Both the position numbers and the translations under genes were made by a program. A stretch of 64,000 bases of DNA from Mustelus asterias (lineage: Eukaryota): positions 248,001 through 312,000 of the forward strand of contig NW_027590159.1 in the NCBI RefSeq assembly GCF_964213995.1, in the 5' to 3' direction. The notes under the pieces are model-generated. The model ran no database searches, had not been told where the DNA came from, and saw nothing but the letters and a program-made list of their open reading frames with translations. Shown piece after piece: positions 1 to 11,216 of the stretch (position 1 is the first letter of the stretch; each line of letters starts with the position of its first letter).

Positions 1-505
1 GATCTGTTAGTTATACGTGATCCTTCTTTATTCGGTGTGTGAAACATTCTGGCGCTTAAATCTCTTTCATCGACCGGAGGCCCAGCAGTTCCGCACTGAT
101 GCCCGATTTCCTCATCTGTCTGAGTGTTTTTCCCTCTTTCTTTATTCGGAAGAACAATTTTTAAAATAACCTTCAAAGCAATGTGTGCCATTTCCTCTCG
201 TTCAGTTACACTTTCACTTGTGTCTGTCTTTATGAGCCCGCACTACTGGTAGACATGTTTCAGATGGTGATTAAATCTGTTAGTCTGCACCGGTAAACGC
301 ATTAAATTTTGTTGCGGACTGAACGAGTTGAGAATATATGTACAAACAAGACAAACATTTATTTCCTGCCATTGCATCCTAAATAACAGCATTTCTGATT
401 TTCCTAAAGGCAATTGAATTAATGTAAGGTCCGATTTTCCGAAAAGCATTTGAGTTGATGTAACATCGAGATTCACATAATGTTGAGCAATGATGGTGGC
501 ACAGT

Positions 506-806
506 GGGACGGCACAGTGGCACATTGGTTAGCACTGCGGCCTCACAGACACCTGGGTTCGATTCACGGCTTGGGTCACTGTCTGTGTTGAGTTTGTACG
601 TTCTCCCCGTGTTCCCCGGGTCCTGGTTTCCTCCCACAGTCCAAAAATGTGCAGGTGAGGAGGATAGGCCATGCTAAATTGCCCCTTAGTGCCAGGGGAG
701 CGAGGTAGGTAAATACATGGGGTCATGGGGATAGGGCCTGGGTGGGATTGTTTTCGGTGCAGTCTCGATGGGCCGAATGGCCTCCCTCTTCACTGCATGA
801 TTCTAG
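506..806 (+). mobile_element. HE1-type tRNA-derived SINE (elasmobranch V-SINE)
   Basis: A box tggcacattggttagc and B box ggttcgattc, central gtttcctcccacagtccaaa domain, CR1/HER1-like tail gatgggccgaatggcctcc. Confidence 0.9.
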
Positions 807-857
807 GAAGTTAAACCATGCAGGCTTCGCACTCCCTGAACAAGAATGGTCCAAAAG

Positions 858-930
858 TGCTTCTGCCGGGTTTTGATCCGGGAATCATTCACGTGTGAGG
901 CGAACGTGATAACCATGACATTACATGAAC
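858..930 (-). pseudogene. tRNA-Val(CAC) degenerate copy
   Basis: 73-nt match to the reverse complement of vertebrate tRNA-Val (cgtgtgaggcgaacgtgataacca), with many stem-breaking substitutions. Confidence 0.85.
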
Positions 931-2112
931 AGCTGACCGCATATTTTAGTTAATTGGTCTGTCTGCAATGTCCAACTGCGCTGCGCTGCTGCAGGTTCCA
1001 ATGGTTAAACTGAGAGCCCATGTCACTGAATTCAAGAAGAAAACCGGTATTTTCAACCTGATTTCTCAACTTATCTTGAACATCAAAATTTAAAAGCTTT
1101 CGTTTGGCAAATATCTAAGTGAGCACTGATTCTGCCCATTCATTAATGCATCATTTTCATCTTCCTTCGAATAATCTCAACAAATTGTAATCAGTAATAA
1201 AAGTAAATTACTGCGGATGCTGGAATCGGAAACCAAAAGAGAAAATGCTGGAAAATCTCGCAATGTCTGACAGCTCCTGTTAGGAGAGAAAAGGGCTGAG
1301 CTTTCGAGTCCAGATGACATTTTGTGAAAGCTCATTGAGCAATTGTACTCAGTATTTGTTTTATTATTCAATATTTAGGATCAATGCATTATTTAACACA
1401 TATGTCTTCATTATGAATTCAATATCTCTGGAATTGAATATCACTGAATTGCAAACAGAACTGACTAACAGAACGAATCGAATCACCGGGTAATACAGAT
1501 CGCAGTTTTGAGATTGATCATAACCAGCTTTTAAACAAAGTCAACTATGTTTAAATGGAAGTGAGTCAAGAACTACCTGTTCGTGACACTTGAGCCTTTT
1601 TTATTATGGGCGTGAAATATTCAGGCGCATAAATTCCGGCCATTTATAGGAAAGTCCAGTAGATCTGCACTGAGTCCCGATTCCTTCATCAGTCTGAGTG
1701 GTTTTTTTTCTATTTCTTTGTTGTGAAGAACGATTTAAAAAAAGAATCGTCTGGGAAATGAACGCCATTTCTGATAGATCACTTACAATATCACTTGTGT
1801 CAGTCTTCTGGAGCAGACACTACTATTAGATATGTTTCAGACGGTGATTAACCATGTTAGTCTGCACCCATATACCCATTCAATTCTGTTGTAGACTGAA
1901 CGAGATGCGAATATGTGCTCGGTGTCAAAATCGAAACGTTACTTTCCTGTCAGTGCATCAAAAAAAATCAGCATTTCTTATTTTACAGAAAACATTGGAG
2001 GCCGATGTCAGAGCAACAATAATATGTCTGTAATATTGAGGTTCAGATAATGTTGAGGAACGAACTGAAATCATGCAATTTTCCTTCACTCGACATGAGA
2101 AAGCTTAATGAA

Positions 2113-2184
2113 TGTTGCTGTTCCGTTTCGAACCAGGATCTTTCCGCATGTCAGACGAACATAATAACCACTACACTGGAGAAC
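2113..2184 (-). pseudogene. tRNA-Val degenerate copy (anticodon position reads GAC)
   Basis: gtttcgaacc B box and ataaccactacact A-box region at the same position in the unit; stems disrupted. Confidence 0.8.
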
Positions 2185-2400
2185 AGCTGGACGCAAGCTG
2201 CAGCAAATCGGCCTGTCCGCAATGTTCAACTGCTGCAGGTTCCAATGGTTAGACTGAGAGCCCATGCTTCTTAATTCAGGAAGATAACCGTTGCTTTCAA
2301 TCTGATTGCTCAACTTATCTTGAACATCAAAATTTAAAAGTGTTCTTCTGGCAAATATTTAAGGGAACAATGATTTCCAGCCTTTCATTAATGCATCATT

Positions 2401-3215
2401 CTATAGCTATACGATAAATGGCAGAACCATAAAGGGCCTTTCATTAATGCATCATTAATGCATCATTCATAGCTATACGATAAATGGCAGAACCATAAAG
2501 GGTGTAGATACGCAGAGGGACCTGGGTGTGCAAGTCCACAGATACTTGAAGGTGACGTCACAGGAGGAGAAGGTGGTGAAGAAGGCATATGGCATGCTTG
2601 CCTTTATAGGACGGGGCATAGAGTATAAAAGTTGGGGTCTGATGTTGCAGATGTATAGAACGTTGGTTCGGCCGCATTTGGAATACTGCGTCCAGTTCTG
2701 GTCGCCACACTACCAGAAGGACGTGGAGGCTTTGGAGAGAGTACAGAGGAGGTTTGCCAGGATGTTGCCTGGTATGGAGGGGCTTAGTTATGAGGAGAGT
2801 TTGGGTAAACTGGGGCTGTTCTCCCTGGAAAGACAGAGGATGAAGGGACACTTAATAGAGGTGTATACAATTATGAAAGGCATAGATAGGGTGAACGGTG
2901 GGAATCTTGTCCCCAGGTCGGTGGTGACGTTCACGAGGGGTCATGGGTTCAAGGTGAAGGGGGGGGGAGGTTTAACACAGATATCAGAAGGACATATTTT
3001 ACACAGAGGGTGATGGGGGCCTGTAATGCGTTGCCAGGCATGGTGGTGGAGGCGGACACACTGGGAACGTTTAAGACTTATCTAGATAGCCACATGAACG
3101 GAGTGGGAATGGAGGGATACAAAAGAGTGGTCTAGTTTCGACCAGGGAGCGGCACGGGCTTGGAGGGCCGAAGGGCCTGTTCCTGTGCTGTATTGTTATT
3201 TGTTCTTTGTTCTTT
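2401..3215 (+). mobile_element. 5'-truncated CR1/HER1 LINE (ORF2 C-terminus and 3' tail)
   Basis: ORF 2528-3013 contains LVRPHLEYCVQFWSPH...ERVQRRF; 3' end gggccgaagggcctgtt followed by (tgttctt)n. Confidence 0.95.
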
Positions 3216-4108
3216 ATTCTCATCTTCCTTCGAATAATCTCAACCAATTGTACTCAGCAATAAAAGCAAATTACTGCGGATACTGGAATCGGAAACCAAA
3301 CGAAAAAATGCTGGAAAATCTCACAACGTCTGACAGCACCTGTAAGAAGAGAAAGGAGCTGACGTTTCGAGTCCAGATGACACTTTAACAACGTTCATTG
3401 TACAATTGTACTCAGTATTTGTTTCAATATTTAGTCTCAATGCATTATTCAACACATATGTCTTCATTATCTCTGAAATTGAATATCATAGAATTGCAAA
3501 CATAAATGACCAACAGGAATCGAGTCACCGGGGAAGACAGATCACAATTATGAGATTGACCATAGCGAACTACATTTAAACAAGGTGAACTACATTTAAA
3601 TAGACGAGATTGAAGAATTATCTGTTATTGACACTTGAGTTTTTTTTCTTTTTGGGTGTGAAACATTCAGGCGCATAAATTCCGGCCATTTAAATGAAAG
3701 TTCAGTAGATCCGCACTGAGTCTCGATTTCCTCATTTGTCTGAATGTTTTTTTTTTCCTATTTCTTTGTTTTGAAGAACGATTAAAAAAAGATTCTTCTG
3801 GGAAATGTGCGCCATTTCCTATAGTTCACTTACCGTATCACTTGTGTCAGTCCCCTGGAGCACATACTACTATTCGAAAAGTTCCAGATGGCGATTAGCT
3901 ACGTTAATCTGCACCTATAAACTCTTTAAATTCTGTTGTAGACTGAACGTGATGCGAATATGCGCACAGTGTCAAAATCCAAAGGTTTCTTTCCTGTCAG
4001 TTCGTCAAAAAGCTATCAACATTCTTATTTTACAGAAATCATTTGAGACCGAGGTCAGAGCAAAGATCATACGGCTGCAACATCAAGATGCGGATATTGT
4101 TCAGCAAC

Positions 4109-4860
4109 GAAGATCTAATACAGATAGGAAATATACAGTAAATGGCAGAACCCTTAAGAGTATTGATAGGCAAAGGGATCTGGGTGTACAGGTATACAGG
4201 TCACTGAAAGTGGCAATGCAGGTGGAGAAGGTAGTCAAGAAGGCATACGGCATGCTTGCCTTTATCGGCCGGGGCATTGAGTTTAAAAATTGGCAAGTCA
4301 TGTTGCAACTTTATAGAACCTTAGTTAGGCCGCACTTGGAATATAATATTTAAATTTGGTCGCCACACTACCAGAAGGATGTGGAGGCTTTGGAGAGGGT
4401 AAAGAAAAGATTTACCAGGATGTTGCCTGGTATGGAGAGTATTTGCTACGAGGAGAGATTGGACAAACTTGGCTTGTTCTCACTGGAGCGACGGAGGTTG
4501 AGGGGAGACCTGATCGAAGTCTACAAGATTGTGAAAGGCATGGACAGAGTGGATAGTCACAAGCTTTTTCCCAGGGCGGAAGAATCAATTACTAGGGGAT
4601 ATCTGTTTAAGGTGCGTGGGGCAAGGTTTGAAGGAGATGCACGAGGCAGATTTTTTACGTAGAGACTAGTGGGTGCCTGGAGAGGTAGTGGAAGCTGATG
4701 CGGGAGTGACTTTTAAGGAGCGTCCTGACAAGTACATGAATAGAATGGGAAATGAGGGATACGACCCCCGGCAGGGTAGGGTGCTTTATTAAGTCGGGCA
4801 GCATGGTCGGTGCAGGCGTGGAGGGCTGGTTCATATGCTGTCATTTTCTTTGTCCTTTAT
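4109..4860 (+). mobile_element. 5'-truncated CR1/HER1 LINE
   Basis: QRDLGVQV...LVRPHLEY, then RLRGDLIEVYKI; premature stop near 4351. Confidence 0.95.
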
Positions 4861-4908
4861 ACTGAAATCATACAGATTTCCTCACCCTAAATTAGAAAGA
4901 TTAATGAA

Positions 4909-4981
4909 CGTTTCTGCCCGGTTTTGAACTGGGAACCTTTCGCGTGTGAGGTGAATGTGATAACCAATACACTACAGAAAC
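4909..4981 (-). pseudogene. tRNA-Val(CAC), moderately degenerate
   Basis: cgtttctgcccggttttgaactgggaacctttcgcgtgtgaggtgaatgtgataaccaatacactacagaaac; A box and T arm mutated. Confidence 0.88.
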
Positions 4982-5813
4982 AGGTGACAGCAATGACAGC
5001 AAATCCGCCTCTCTGCAATGTTCAACTGCGCTGTGTTGCTGCAGTTTCAAATGGTTCGACTGAGAGGCCATGTCCCTTGTTTCAGGAAGATAACCGTTAC
5101 TGTCAATATGATTGCTCAACTTATCTTGAACTTCAAAATTTTAAAGCGATCGCCTGTCAAATATCAAAGCAACAATGAATTCCACTCATTCATTAATGCA
5201 TTATTTTCATCTTCCTTCGAATAATCTCAACCAATTGTGCTCATTAATGAAAGCAAATTACTGCAGATGATGGAATCTGAAACCAAAGGAGAAAATGCTG
5301 GAAAATCTCACAAGGTCTGGCAGCATCTGTAAGGAGAGAAAAGAGCTGACGTTTGGAATCCAGATGACATTTTGCCAAAGCTCACTTTACAATTGTACTC
5401 AGTATTTGTTTCAATATTTAACCTCAATACATTGTGTCACACATATGACATCATTCTGAAGAGAATATCTCTGAAATTGAATCACGAGTATCACTTGTGT
5501 CTGTCTTGTTGAGCACACACTCCTATTAGACATGTTTCAGATGGTGATTCGCTATTTTAGTTTGCACCTAAAAACCCATTAAATTCTGTTGTCCACTGAA
5601 CAAGGTGATACTATGTGCACGTTGTCAAAATAGAGACGTTTCTTTCCTGTCAGTGCGTCAAAAAGAAATCAGCATTTCTTATTCACAGAAACCATTTGAG
5701 TTTGAGGTCAGAGCAAAGATAATATTGTTGTAATATCGAGATTCGGATAATGTTCAGCAACGAACTGAAATCATACAGGATTTCCCTCATCTTCCATGAG
5801 AAAGCTTAACGAA

Positions 5814-5886
5814 TGCTGCTTCCCTGTTTCGGACCGGGGACTTTTTGTGTTTTAGGCGAACGGGATAACCACTCCACTGCAGAAAC
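5814..5886 (-). pseudogene. tRNA-Val degenerate copy
   Basis: gtttcggaccggggac...aggcgaacgggataaccact; anticodon decayed. Confidence 0.8.
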
Positions 5887-7414
5887 AAGTGATAGGATTG
5901 GGGCCTCAATGGCCCTGACTACAATGTTTAACTCCACTTTGTTGCTGCAGGTTTGAATGGTATGATTGAGGGCCCATGTCACTTAATACAAGAGCACATC
6001 CCTGACTTTCAACCTGATATCTCAACTTATCTTGTTCTTCAAAATTAAAAAGAGTTCATCCGGCAAATGTCTAAGAAAGCACTGATTTGTGCTCAATCAT
6101 CAATGCTTCATTCTTATCTTCCTGCGAATAATTTCAACCAATTATACTCAGTATTTGTTTCATGGAATCATAGAATCAGTGCAGAAAAGGTATTCGATCG
6201 AACGAATCAGGAGCGACGCCAGAATATCATAACCAGGCCATTTCTCTCGTTTCCCCCGCAACGCTACTCCTTTCCCATGGCTATTCAATCTAACCAAGGG
6301 GCAATTTAGCATGCCCAATCCACCTTGGATCTTCATTCAATTTTTAATATCAATACAGTTATTTAATATATATGTCCAAATTCTGAATTTAATATCTCTT
6401 GAATATACAATCGGTCTGACTGCATTGTTCAACTCCGCTCTATTGCTGCAGATTCGAATGGTTGGAATGGGAGTCCATATACCTTAGTGCAAGAAGATAA
6501 CCGTTACTTTCAACGTGATGTCTCAACTTGTCTCGAATTTCAAAATTTAAAAGCGTTCATCGGACAAATATGTAAGGGAGCAATGATTTCTGCTCAATCA
6601 TTGATGCATCATTCTTATATACGATCGATTAACTTCAAACAGTTATATCCAGTATTTGTTCGGTAATCAACATTTAGTATCAATCCATTTATTTAACACA
6701 GATGTCTTCATTGCGGATTGAATATGTCTGAAATATACAGCATTGAATTGCAAACATTATTGACCAACAAAATAAATCGAGTCACGGGTAATACACATCC
6801 CATGGTGCTTTTTTGAGTTTGACCATGATCAGCTTTTAAAACCAAATCAAATATATTTAAAGGGAAGAGATTCAAGAATGATCTGTTAGTTATACTTGAT
6901 CCCTCTATATTCTGTGTGACAAACATTCTGGCGCCTAAATCTCGTTCATCTATAGGAGATCCAGAAGGTCCGCTTTGATTCTCGATTTCCTCTTCTGTCT
7001 GAGAGGTTTTCCCTATTTCGTTATTCTGAAGAACAATTTTAAAAAGATGCTTCGGGAAAATGTGCTCCATTTCCTCTCGTTCAGTTACAGTATCACTTGT
7101 ATCTGTATTTTTGAGCACACAATACTATTAGACATGTTTCAGTTGGTGATGAATTATGTTAGTCTGCATTTATAAACCTATTAAATTCTGGTGTGGACTG
7201 AAAATATTGCTAATATGTGCACGGTTTTAAAATAGGAACATCTATTTCCTCTCATCGCGTCATGAAAATACAAGATTTCTGATTTTGCTGAAAGCTTTTG
7301 AGGCAGAGGTCAGCGCAAATATAACATGGCTGTAACATCGAGTTTTGGATAATGTTCAGCTACAATCTGAAATTATATAGACTTCCCTCAACCTTAATGA
7401 ACAAATTTCATTAA

Positions 7415-7487
7415 TGCTTCTGCTCGATTTCGAACGTGGGCCCTTGCGTGCGTGAGGCAAATGCAATCAGCACTACACCACGGAAAC
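7415..7487 (-). pseudogene. tRNA-Val(CAC) degenerate copy
   Basis: tttcgaac...cgtgaggcaaatg...cactacaccacggaaac; last copy of block 1. Confidence 0.78.
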
Positions 7488-8181
7488 TGTTGGCTGCTCC
7501 GTAGCCCAATGGGGCTGAGTTGATATGTTGCAATATTCGTTGGGAATGCTGTAGACACATTAATCTAAGAATGATTGAAAATGGTGAACAATGTCACAGA
7601 ACGATGAGAGGCTCATCAATCCATCAGATCTTTGCGAATTATTTTATGAGGAGCTAAATAATTAAGATGTCGTTGCGGGATTGATGGGTCGAAGGGCCTG
7701 TTTCTGTCCTGAACTGTTCTTTGTTCCAATTTCAATTTCCTCCTCTAATTCCATGAAGTTGATGTTTCTCCCTTTTAAGTCATTGAAAAATCCCAATTTG
7801 AAGAAGGAGTTTCTGCGGAATCCATGCTTTAACAGAATTTGCTTTAACAACCTTTCCCTTACCCAATGGCAGGAAGTATTGGATTTACCCTCCCGATATA
7901 GTTTTCAATGTAAACATATATTTATTTATGCAATTGATTTCATATCGATTTTACAAAACGAATTTAAATCTGATGTAGCATCTCCACATTATTTCTGAAT
8001 TATATCCAATATAACTACATTTACTCCACAACCTTCCACAGAGTGTGGAATATAACCGACGAGAATGAATCACCTACACCTGAAGCAGTCTTCTTGTTTT
8101 GTCCTCCTGTGTCCTGAACATCCAATCCGAGAACCTCGAGATTCGATGGAGAATCTCTCTTATTCACACGGACTTCACATA

Positions 8182-8364
8182 GGGCAACACAGTGGCACGG
8201 TGGTTAGCACTGCTGTTTCACAACGCTCGGGATCCGGGTTCAATTGAAATTCCTCCTTAGTGTACACGAACAGGCGGCGGAATGTGGCGACGAGAGCATT
8301 TTCACAGTAACTTGAAGTATTAATTGCAGTATTAATGTAAGCCTGGTTGTGACACTAGTAAATA
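8182..8364 (+). mobile_element. SINE with HE1-like tRNA head and an alternative 3' tail, internally deleted
   Basis: Head gtggcacggtggttagcactgctg...gggttcaatt; tail cacagtaactt...gtaagcct...gtgacacta is shared with the copy at 45937-46233. Confidence 0.75.
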
Positions 8365-8704
8365 TGTTTTGCACACGGACACATCCAGAATATGTTTGGC
8401 GGTAAAAATAAACACATCCATTATTGCTTATTCTGCAAAAGGGTCCACGTCGATTTGTCAATCAATGATCAGCATTGATGAGAAATAGATTTCTGGCTGC
8501 TCCTGTTGTTAAAACGTCGTGTTCCATCGCAATGAGTATCTAACACGATATTGCCGCACTTACACCACACCAGGGAATTCCAGTTCAGGAAGTTTACTCT
8601 GGAGCAAGCGCGCTTTTTAGGTTGTCAATGAGTTCATGTCCCTTTTGTGTGTCAATGGCTGTGCCAATCTGCTTTGTTATCTTTCTTAGTGATTGTCCGT
8701 GTGT

Positions 8705-9427
8705 CTCGTGGAACAAGCTGCCAGAGGTATTAGTAGAGGCCGTTACAAGTTTATCTTTTAAAAAGCATTTAGATAGTATATGGGTACGATGGGTATAGAG
8801 GGATATGGGCCAAATGCGGGCAATTGAGATTACCTGAGGGGTTTAAACAAAAACGGGCGGTATGGACAAGTTGGGCCGAAGGGCCTGTTTCCATGCTGTA
8901 AACCTCCAGAGATTTTAGAGAGAGTGCAGAGGAGGTTTACCAGGATGTTGCCTGGTATGGAAGGGCTTAGTTATGAGGAGAGATTGGGTAAACTGGGGTT
9001 GTTCTCACTGGAAAGACGGAGGATGAGTGGTGACCTAAAAGAGGTGTATAAAATTATGAAAGGCATAGATAGGGTGAACGGTGGGAAGCTTTTTCCCAGG
9101 TCGGTGGTGACGTTCACGAGGGGTCATAGGTTCAAGGTGAGGGGTGGGGGTGGGGGGGGAGGTTTAACACGGATATCAGAAGGAGGTATTTTACACAGAG
9201 GGTGGTGGGGGCCTGGAATGCGCTGCCGGGCAAGGTGGTGGAGGCGGACACACTGGGAACGTTTAAGACTTATCTAGATAGCCACATGAACGGAGTGGGA
9301 ATGGAGGGATACAAAAGAATGGTCTAGTTGGGACCAGGGAGCGGCGCGGGCTTGGGGGTCCGAAGGGCCTGTTCCTGTGCTGTATTGTTCTTTGTTCTTT
9401 GTTTGTTCTTTGACTCTATGACTATGT
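8705..9427 (+). mobile_element. Two nested CR1 3' fragments (about 8910-9411 inserted in the tail of about 8705-8907/9412-9427)
   Basis: The first tail gctgtaaacctc is interrupted and resumes as gactctatgactatg after a second CR1 end (ORF 8924-9277 QRRFTRMLPG). Confidence 0.88.
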
Positions 9428-9714
9428 TTGAGTCGATCGGTTTGGGAATCTATCACTTAGTTTGCTTGTCTCTGTGTTGATTCTGTGCAGTATCCGAGGT
9501 TTCCATTGAACACGGAGTTGGAGTTATTCATGCATTATCATGGTTAGCAACGCAAACTAATAGGTGTCATAAATCTGCAGAATAATTTTGTGCTGTATTG
9601 TTCTTTGTTGTTCTTTGTAATTCTGGATTTATAACGAGGGACGTTAGAATTGATGTCACTGTCTGGGCATATATCTATATGGTTATATATCCTTATTCGT
9701 GTTGGTCTTTCCAC

Positions 9715-9955
9715 GTGACCGTGGGTTGTCTGTTCTCCGCATGTCTGCTGGGTTTCCTCGGGTGCTGTGGTTTCCTCCAACAGACCAAAGATGTGCGGAT
9801 TAGGTGGATTGGCCATGATAAATTGACCCCGAGTGTCAGGGAGATTATGTGTGCGGTTACGGGAATAGGGCCTCGGTGGAATTGTGGTCGGTACAGATTC
9901 GCTGGGCCGAATGACCTCCTTCTGTTCTGTAGGGGTTCTATGATTCTATGTTCTC
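9715..9955 (+). mobile_element. 5'-truncated HE1-type SINE
   Basis: gggtttcctcgggtgctgtggtttcctccaacag...gggccgaatgacctccttctg...ttctatgattctatg. Confidence 0.85.
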
Positions 9956-9976
9956 TATAAGTGTCAGTCTTTTCAG

Positions 9977-10261
9977 GTTGCCGTGTGTGTACCTGTTTCC
10001 AATATGCGGCTGTCCACGGGAGAGCACTCTCTGATCACTTATGAAAGATCACAATCGCTTTCTAAAGGAAGCGTCTGTTCTGGTATCGCCAGTATACACA
10101 CCGAGCTCCTCATTCACTGCTCAGAGCCGCGAATGTACCGAAACGGCTCAAGGTTTTTTACACTGCAGCGGGAATCTCAACCTGAAACAAAGCACTTTTC
10201 ACTTGCCCATGAAAGATTTGAAGGTGACAGACAGCGCCGTGTATTACTGTGCACTGAGAGC
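9977..10261 (+). pseudogene. T-cell receptor alpha/delta-type variable (V) gene segment, frameshifted pseudogene
   Basis: Acceptor ttttcag ends at 9976. GEHSLITY (Cys23-equivalent reads Tyr) is in frame 2, LFWYRQYTHRAP (TGG at 10081) in frame 1, and STFHLPMKDLKVTDSAVYYCALR in frame 3. An RSS follows directly. Confidence 0.9.
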
Positions 10262-10300
10262 CACAGTGAATGAGGCTCCCGCGGGCCTCATACAAAATCT
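10262..10300 (+). promoter_or_regulatory. RAG recombination signal sequence, 23-bp spacer
   Basis: Perfect heptamer CACAGTG (10262-10268), 23-nt spacer (10269-10291), nonamer ACAAAATCT (10292-10300; 7/9 to ACAAAAACC). Confidence 0.93.
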
Positions 10301-10832
10301 GGCACAGATCGATAATCAATGATTCATTGTCAGGACAACACATGGGGTTAAAAATCAGAGAAATTTACTCATAGCGAACCTGACAATACAGCCCCCTCTG
10401 AGTGTTTTCCCTCACTGAGGTTACTGATTGTCACTGTTGGGAAATTTGACATGTTTTTACTCATATTACTATCACATCAAGTCCAATCGCTCCCCGATCC
10501 TTTCACACAACCCCTCAGATCTCCCAGGTGAACCATGTCATCAGACAGACCACACCTTTCAAAAGTGATCAAATATCAAAGGCAGACTCAGAGTTGTCAC
10601 ATGTTGAAGTTGCTGGGTTAAAATTATTGACTGTAACATGTGTACTTTATAAACAAAAACCCCCAGTTGCAAACAGTCGAGGTAACAATATTGGACGGAT
10701 ATTTTGCTGGAACTTAAAGTCCACAAATGCTGATGCGGTGAGTTATTTAATCAATTTCGGCTTTCACTCGAGGTGTCAGAACTGCTTTGTAGAAAGTTAA
10801 TCAATTTTTATTTTGCTATCTACTGACGTGTA

Positions 10833-10922
10833 GGCTCGTTGGTCTAGGGGTATAATTCTCGCTTAGGGTACCTCGCCCCATTAGCATGCGAGAGGTCCTG
10901 GGTTCAAATCCCGGACGAGCCC
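10833..10922 (+). tRNA. tRNA-Pro(AGG) with an 18-nt insertion at the canonical intron site (10869-10886)
   Basis: GGCTCGTTGGTCTAGGGGTATAATTCTCGCTT-AGG-G[TACCTCGCCCCATTAGCA]TGCGAGAGGTCCTGGGTTCAAATCCCGGACGAGCCC. Exons differ from vertebrate tRNA-Pro at two sites; one breaks D-stem pair C12-G23, so functionality is uncertain. Confidence 0.88.
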
Positions 10923-11216
10923 CGTTTCGACCAAAATATTGTGTTCAAAAGGAGATATTTTGATTTGTTTAAGGTGCAAACGGCGGGATGGCTTTCTGCT
11001 GACTGGCTCCGAAAAAGAGTCAGAAAGGCCCAGAATTTTACAGCACGGATAGAGCCCACTGGGACACCCACATGGCAGGCGCGGACACCCATCATGTCTG
11101 CGCCTGCCACGTGACAGCTGGACGGGAAGCGTTAGTTCTGATTCTCGCTGCACAGATACTTCCAGAAATGCTGACATAACCCAGCATTTTCTGTTTTTAT
11201 TTCAGATTTTGAAAGT

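Larger units (their letters stand above)
1..7500. repeat. Tandem array block 1 of a ~1.2-kb tRNA-Val-containing unit (about 5-6 diverged, partly deleted, TE-interrupted units)
   Basis: Landmarks recur, e.g. gtgaaacattcaggcgcataaattccggcc (~1612, 3658), gaagataaccgttactttcaa-like (2280, 5087, 6493), cattaatgcatcatt (1141, 2386, 5191). tRNA-Val copies at 858, 2113, 4909, 5814, 7415. Confidence 0.93.

Noticed and set aside
2113-2184. tRNA-Val with the rare GAC anticodon (also AAA at 5814 and CAT at 42380) as recoding tRNAs
   Set aside because: These copies have broken stems; the odd anticodons are best explained by decay.
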